From the NCBI GenBank assembly GCA_964398605.1, contig CAYNNH010000003.1, positions 1 through 34,030 of the forward strand: a stretch of DNA of 34,030 nt. The letters are read 5' to 3'. The notes under the pieces are model-generated. The model was not told where the DNA came from. It did not search any database and saw only the letters and a list, made by a program, of their open reading frames with translations. Numbering within the stretch: position 1 is the first letter of the stretch; every line of letters starts with the position of its first letter. The translations under genes and the position numbers were made by a program. Of this stretch, positions 31,349 through 34,030 are shown piece by piece. This DNA is from an uncultured Nitrososphaerota archaeon (GTDB lineage Archaea > Thermoproteota > CAYNNH01).

Positions 31349-32002
31349 ATGATATCACGCGAAGAGGAGCTTCTAAAGATGACAATTTCATTGTGTCAGG
31401 ACCATGCTAGGAAGACCATAAGGACCGTGAGGGCGGCCATGCGGGTCGTGGATGCCTTCTTGAACGGGGCTTCAAAGAAAAAGCTCGACTTGGAATTCCA
31501 GAACGTCTTGAACGAGAGGGAAAAAGTCATCCAAATGAAGAACGACATTGCTAGGCACTTGAGTAGCGCTCTCCTGCTCATGCAGAAGGAGGACTTTTAC
31601 CGCCTCATATCCTCCCTCAGCGAGATAGCCGATTACGCGGTCGGGATAGCCCACAGGATAAAGGAGATGAACGACATGAAGTGCAAGGTGCCCAAGAAGG
31701 TAAGGGAGAGCCTCAGCGAGTTGGGGACGAATTCCCTGAGGACTGTCGACAGGGTTAAGAACATGATGCACGCTCTCCTCTCCGACAGGGAGAGCCTAGA
31801 AAGGGAGCAGAAGAGGATTTCCACCATGGAGAACAAGGTCGACGAATTGTACCGGAATTTCGACCTCCTCGTCATGAAAAGCAAACTGGACTTGCCCAGC
31901 TTACTGCTCTTGAGGGACATAGGCTGGCTCATGGAAAGCGTCGCGGATAAGGCGGAGGACATCGCGGACATCCTGAGGATCCTTGGCTTCGTCCTCCTTT
32001 AA
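31349..32002 (+). CDS. DUF47 / PhoU-like helical-bundle protein
   Basis: All-helical 217-aa protein with two repeats ending in acidic motifs (LSEIADYAVGIAHRI; LMESVADKAEDIADIL) and ENKVDELYRNFDLLVMK, as in the PhoU-related DUF47 family. No phosphate transporter gene is adjacent. Confidence 0.5.
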   Translation: MISREEELLKMTISLCQDHARKTIRTVRAAMRVVDAFLNGASKKKLDLEFQNVLNEREKVIQMKNDIARHLSSALLLMQKEDFYRLISSLSEIADYAVGIAHRIKEMNDMKCKVPKKVRESLSELGTNSLRTVDRVKNMMHALLSDRESLEREQKRISTMENKVDELYRNFDLLVMKSKLDLPSLLLLRDIGWLMESVADKAEDIADILRILGFVLL

Positions 32003-32522
32003 GGCCCAGCTACACGGCGACAAGCTCGTAGTGTGGAACGTGGAAGAGGCGAATAGGCTCTATTGGAGCGGCTTTTTTGGTGCTCCCTTGGGGATTGAAA
32101 AGCCGAAAAAGAAGTTCAATGCCCCCCTCGTTTTGGACTTGCTCGAGGGAGCTTACCTCTTGGAAGAGGGGAAGATAGAGGTCTTCGACGGCGAGAGGAA
32201 GATCGGCTTGGAGGAATTGCTGAAAGTAGGGAGAGAGAAGGTCCAACATTTCGACGAGAAGTACGCGGTCTATCGCGACTTGAGGAAGAGGGGATTCGTG
32301 GTCCTCCCAGGGATAAAGTATGGGGCCGATTTCATCGTTTACGAAAGGGGACCGGGGTTGGAACACGCTCCTTTCCTCGTTCGAGTTTTGAAGAAAGAGG
32401 GCAATTTAACGGCGGAAGATGTTATATCCTTCGGGAGGCTCGCCACATCGGTCAGGAAGAAAGCCGTATTCGCTTTGGTGAACGGAAAAATAGAGTACGT
32501 GGGACTCGAGTGGAGGCCTTAA
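31983..32522 (+). CDS. endA: tRNA-splicing (intron) endonuclease, short about 180-aa form
   Basis: QLHGDKLVVWN N-terminal domain. Catalytic-domain motifs YRDLRKRGFVV, GIKYGADFIVYERGPGLEHAPFLV, VRKKAVFALV (Tyr/His/Lys). TTG start at 31983 (hand-checked) overlaps the previous gene by 20 nt. No in-frame ATG/GTG/TTG other than this TTG precedes the conserved N-terminus. Confidence 0.85.
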   Translation: MASSSFKAQLHGDKLVVWNVEEANRLYWSGFFGAPLGIEKPKKKFNAPLVLDLLEGAYLLEEGKIEVFDGERKIGLEELLKVGREKVQHFDEKYAVYRDLRKRGFVVLPGIKYGADFIVYERGPGLEHAPFLVRVLKKEGNLTAEDVISFGRLATSVRKKAVFALVNGKIEYVGLEWRP

Positions 32523-33193
32523 CGCAGGGATTCCCCGCACCTTATGCAGTATTCGTTCTCCGGTTTGTTAAGCTGACCGCAATTTGGGCATTTAACGAAG
32601 CCTTCGGGCTTTAGGGTCTTGCCGCAGAAGGGACAGAAGGACATCTCCATCTTTGATAGGGGGAGTAGAGTTTCGCAGTGAGGGCAGAGGGCGGCTTCTA
32701 TCCTTATCACGACCTCCTTCTCGAGCTCCATAGGAATGTTGAGCAAGACAACATCCCCAGCGGCTTTCACGACATCCCAAGACAAGTCTACCCGCTCTTC
32801 CAACTCGAAAACTTCGCCCTTCTCCTCTATGCTCTCCTTGAGCAATCGCATGTACTTCCTGCCAGCGTCCGTATCGTGCAAGAAGCGGGCGAAAACCTCG
32901 TCCTTGAAGGCTTCCTCGGGAGAAACGCCTAGAGCCGTCGAGATCTCCCTCTGCAACCTGCTACGGGCGTAGGAAATGGAAGGACCGACTTCGGTGGCGA
33001 GTATTCGGATTATCTCATCCCTAAGCCTAGAAACGGGCATTTTCTCGGGAGATATGGCGGTTCGGATGACCCTCAGCTTCCGCTTGGTGAGGATAGTCAG
33101 CCTCTCGCCCACCGAAGCGTCGGCGACTTTCCCGACGACGCGCCCATTAGCGTCGATAACGTCCTTCCCAAGCAATTCCATTCGCTCGGACAT
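32519..33193 (-). CDS. PRC-barrel-like N-terminal domain protein with C-terminal double zinc ribbon, function unknown
   Basis: LLGKDVIDANGRVVGKVADASV (PRC-barrel-like). C-terminus CPHCETLL..(11)..CPFCGKTL..(8)..CPNCGQLN..(7)..CIRCGESL, i.e. four CxxC pairs. ATG at 33193 hand-checked. Confidence 0.6.
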   Translation of the reverse strand: MSERMELLGKDVIDANGRVVGKVADASVGERLTILTKRKLRVIRTAISPEKMPVSRLRDEIIRILATEVGPSISYARSRLQREISTALGVSPEEAFKDEVFARFLHDTDAGRKYMRLLKESIEEKGEVFELEERVDLSWDVVKAAGDVVLLNIPMELEKEVVIRIEAALCPHCETLLPLSKMEMSFCPFCGKTLKPEGFVKCPNCGQLNKPENEYCIRCGESLR

Positions 33194-33211
33194 CGAGTAA
33201 GAAAACGCTTC

Positions 33212-33221
33212 CCTTTAAAGG
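33212..33221 (-). promoter_or_regulatory. Palindromic CCTTTAAAGG containing a TTTAAA TATA-like core
   Basis: Located in the 35-bp gap between the asnS stop and the zinc-ribbon gene. The core centre is about 23 nt upstream of ATG 33193. Confidence 0.3.
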
Positions 33222-33228
33222 CGTGCGG

Positions 33229-34030
33229 TTAAGGATATACCCTCGTCGGGGTTCGGGGGAACAGGCAGGCTTCGCGTATATGGTAAAGTCCGCATATCCA
33301 GCGCACGAGTCTCTCGACTCCTATGCCGAAGCCCGAATGGGGGACCGTCCCGTACTTGCGTAGGTCTAAGTACCACTTGTAGCTCTCGAGGGGGAGGTCC
33401 TGTTCCTTTATCCGCTTTACGAGCAGATCGTAGTCGTGGATCCTCTGCCCGCCCGTGGATATCTCGCCGTAGCCCTCGGGGGCGATCATATCGGAGGACT
33501 TGCTGACGCGGGGATCGTCCTCTTCGGGCATGTGGTAAAAGCTCCTCGCCGAAAGAGGGAAGCGGGTGATGAAGAAGGGGTTGTCGAAGGAGAGGGAGAG
33601 GGTCCTTATCTCGTCCGCCCCAAAATCCTCTCCCCACTCCACGTGCATCCCCTTCGATTCGAGGATTTCGAGGGCTTCGTCGTATGTTATGCGCTCAAAG
33701 GGGAGCTTCGGCGGACGGAATTCCCGACCTAGGGTCTTGAGGCAATCGGAACGCCTCTCCACTACCTTGTCGCAGATGTACTTGACGAGTTCCTCCTCGA
33801 TCTTCATGATGTCCTCGTGGGTGGCGAACGCCACTTCGCACTCGATCTGCCAGAACTCCGTCAGGTGAGCCCTCGTACGCGACTTTTCCGCCCTGAAGCT
33901 CGGGGCGATGGTGTAAACTTTGCCCAGCGAGGTTATTGCCGCTTCTTCGTAAAGTTGGGCGCTTTGCGTTAGGTACGCTCGCCTGCCGAAGTACTCCAAA
34001 GGGAAGAGGGTAGCCCCTCCTTCGCAAGCC
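33229..34030 (-). CDS. asnS: Asparagine--tRNA ligase (class IIb), 3' two-thirds; the N-terminus lies beyond the window
   Basis: [24 protein letters not shown] (motif 2), [34 protein letters not shown] (motif 3 and tail). Hand translation upstream of the track start (a TTG at 33999) continues without a stop as ..[27 protein letters not shown] to the window edge. Asn rather than Asp specificity is judged from the FRAEKSRT and FPRTP patterns and is not certain. Confidence 0.8.
   Translation of the reverse strand, partial: ACEGGATLFPLEYFGRRAYLTQSAQLYEEAAITSLGKVYTIAPSFRAEKSRTRAHLTEFWQIECEVAFATHEDIMKIEEELVKYICDKVVERRSDCLKTLGREFRPPKLPFERITYDEALEILESKGMHVEWGEDFGADEIRTLSLSFDNPFFITRFPLSARSFYHMPEEDDPRVSKSSDMIAPEGYGEISTGGQRIHDYDLLVKRIKEQDLPLESYKWYLDLRKYGTVPHSGFGIGVERLVRWICGLYHIREACLFPRTPTRVYP

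Noticed and set aside
1-34030. CRISPR arrays, tRNA/rRNA genes, transposases, integrases or long direct/inverted repeats marking a mobile island
   Set aside because: Coding density leaves no gap longer than about 80 nt. I saw no repeat-spacer periodicity, no cloverleaf-compatible segments in the gaps and no recombinase-like ORF. This is visual inspection only, so a tRNAscan, CRISPR finder or self-dotplot would be needed to exclude them formally.

Overview
Gene-dense archaeal chromosomal segment. By eye it holds about 30 CDS and no tRNA, rRNA, CRISPR array or transposase/integrase gene. An archaeal, probably (hyper)thermophilic origin is inferred from four things: a tRNA-splicing endonuclease, a tungsten AOR, E/K/R-rich soluble proteins, and TATA-like boxes about 23-27 nt upstream of many start codons. 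Genes are tightly packed, with many 4-25 nt overlaps, frequent GTG/TTG starts and two convergent pairs with overlapping stop codons.

Positions 1-20654 form a cell-envelope glycan island organised as three operon-like blocks. Together they encode:
- a processive membrane GT2 synthase;
- two Dol-P-hexose-synthase-like GT2s;
- two GT-B/GT4 enzymes;
- three paralogous very large GT-C/YfhO-like membrane proteins;
- two soluble alkaline-phosphatase-superfamily (NPP-like) paralogs;
- a membrane-anchored S8 subtilase of about 1100 aa;
- a small polytopic protein that looks exosortase/archaeosortase-like but lacks the nucleophile Cys;
- a tightly coupled RHH-sat-[AP-superfamily]-cysC operon that makes PAPS.

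No sulfotransferase and no PAPS reductase is recognisable. I consider this candidate glycan-sulfation/extracytoplasmic glycosylation system the most interesting part of the window.

Positions 20701-34030 are mostly housekeeping genes:
- TrkA/RCK, MscS, and an orphan FtsX-like permease fused to an unknown domain;
- AdoCbl-dependent class II RNR, which has no C-terminal Cys tail and overlaps a CobA-type adenosyltransferase gene;
- a 4x[4Fe-4S] protein plus aldehyde:ferredoxin oxidoreductase;
- an orphan HerA-like ATPase with a poly-Lys N-terminal tail, overlapping a PfkB kinase gene;
- a DUF47/PhoU-like protein, EndA, a PRC-barrel/zinc-ribbon protein and a partial AsnRS.

All calls rest on reading motifs in the supplied translations and hand-checking start/stop codons. 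No database search or statistic was run.
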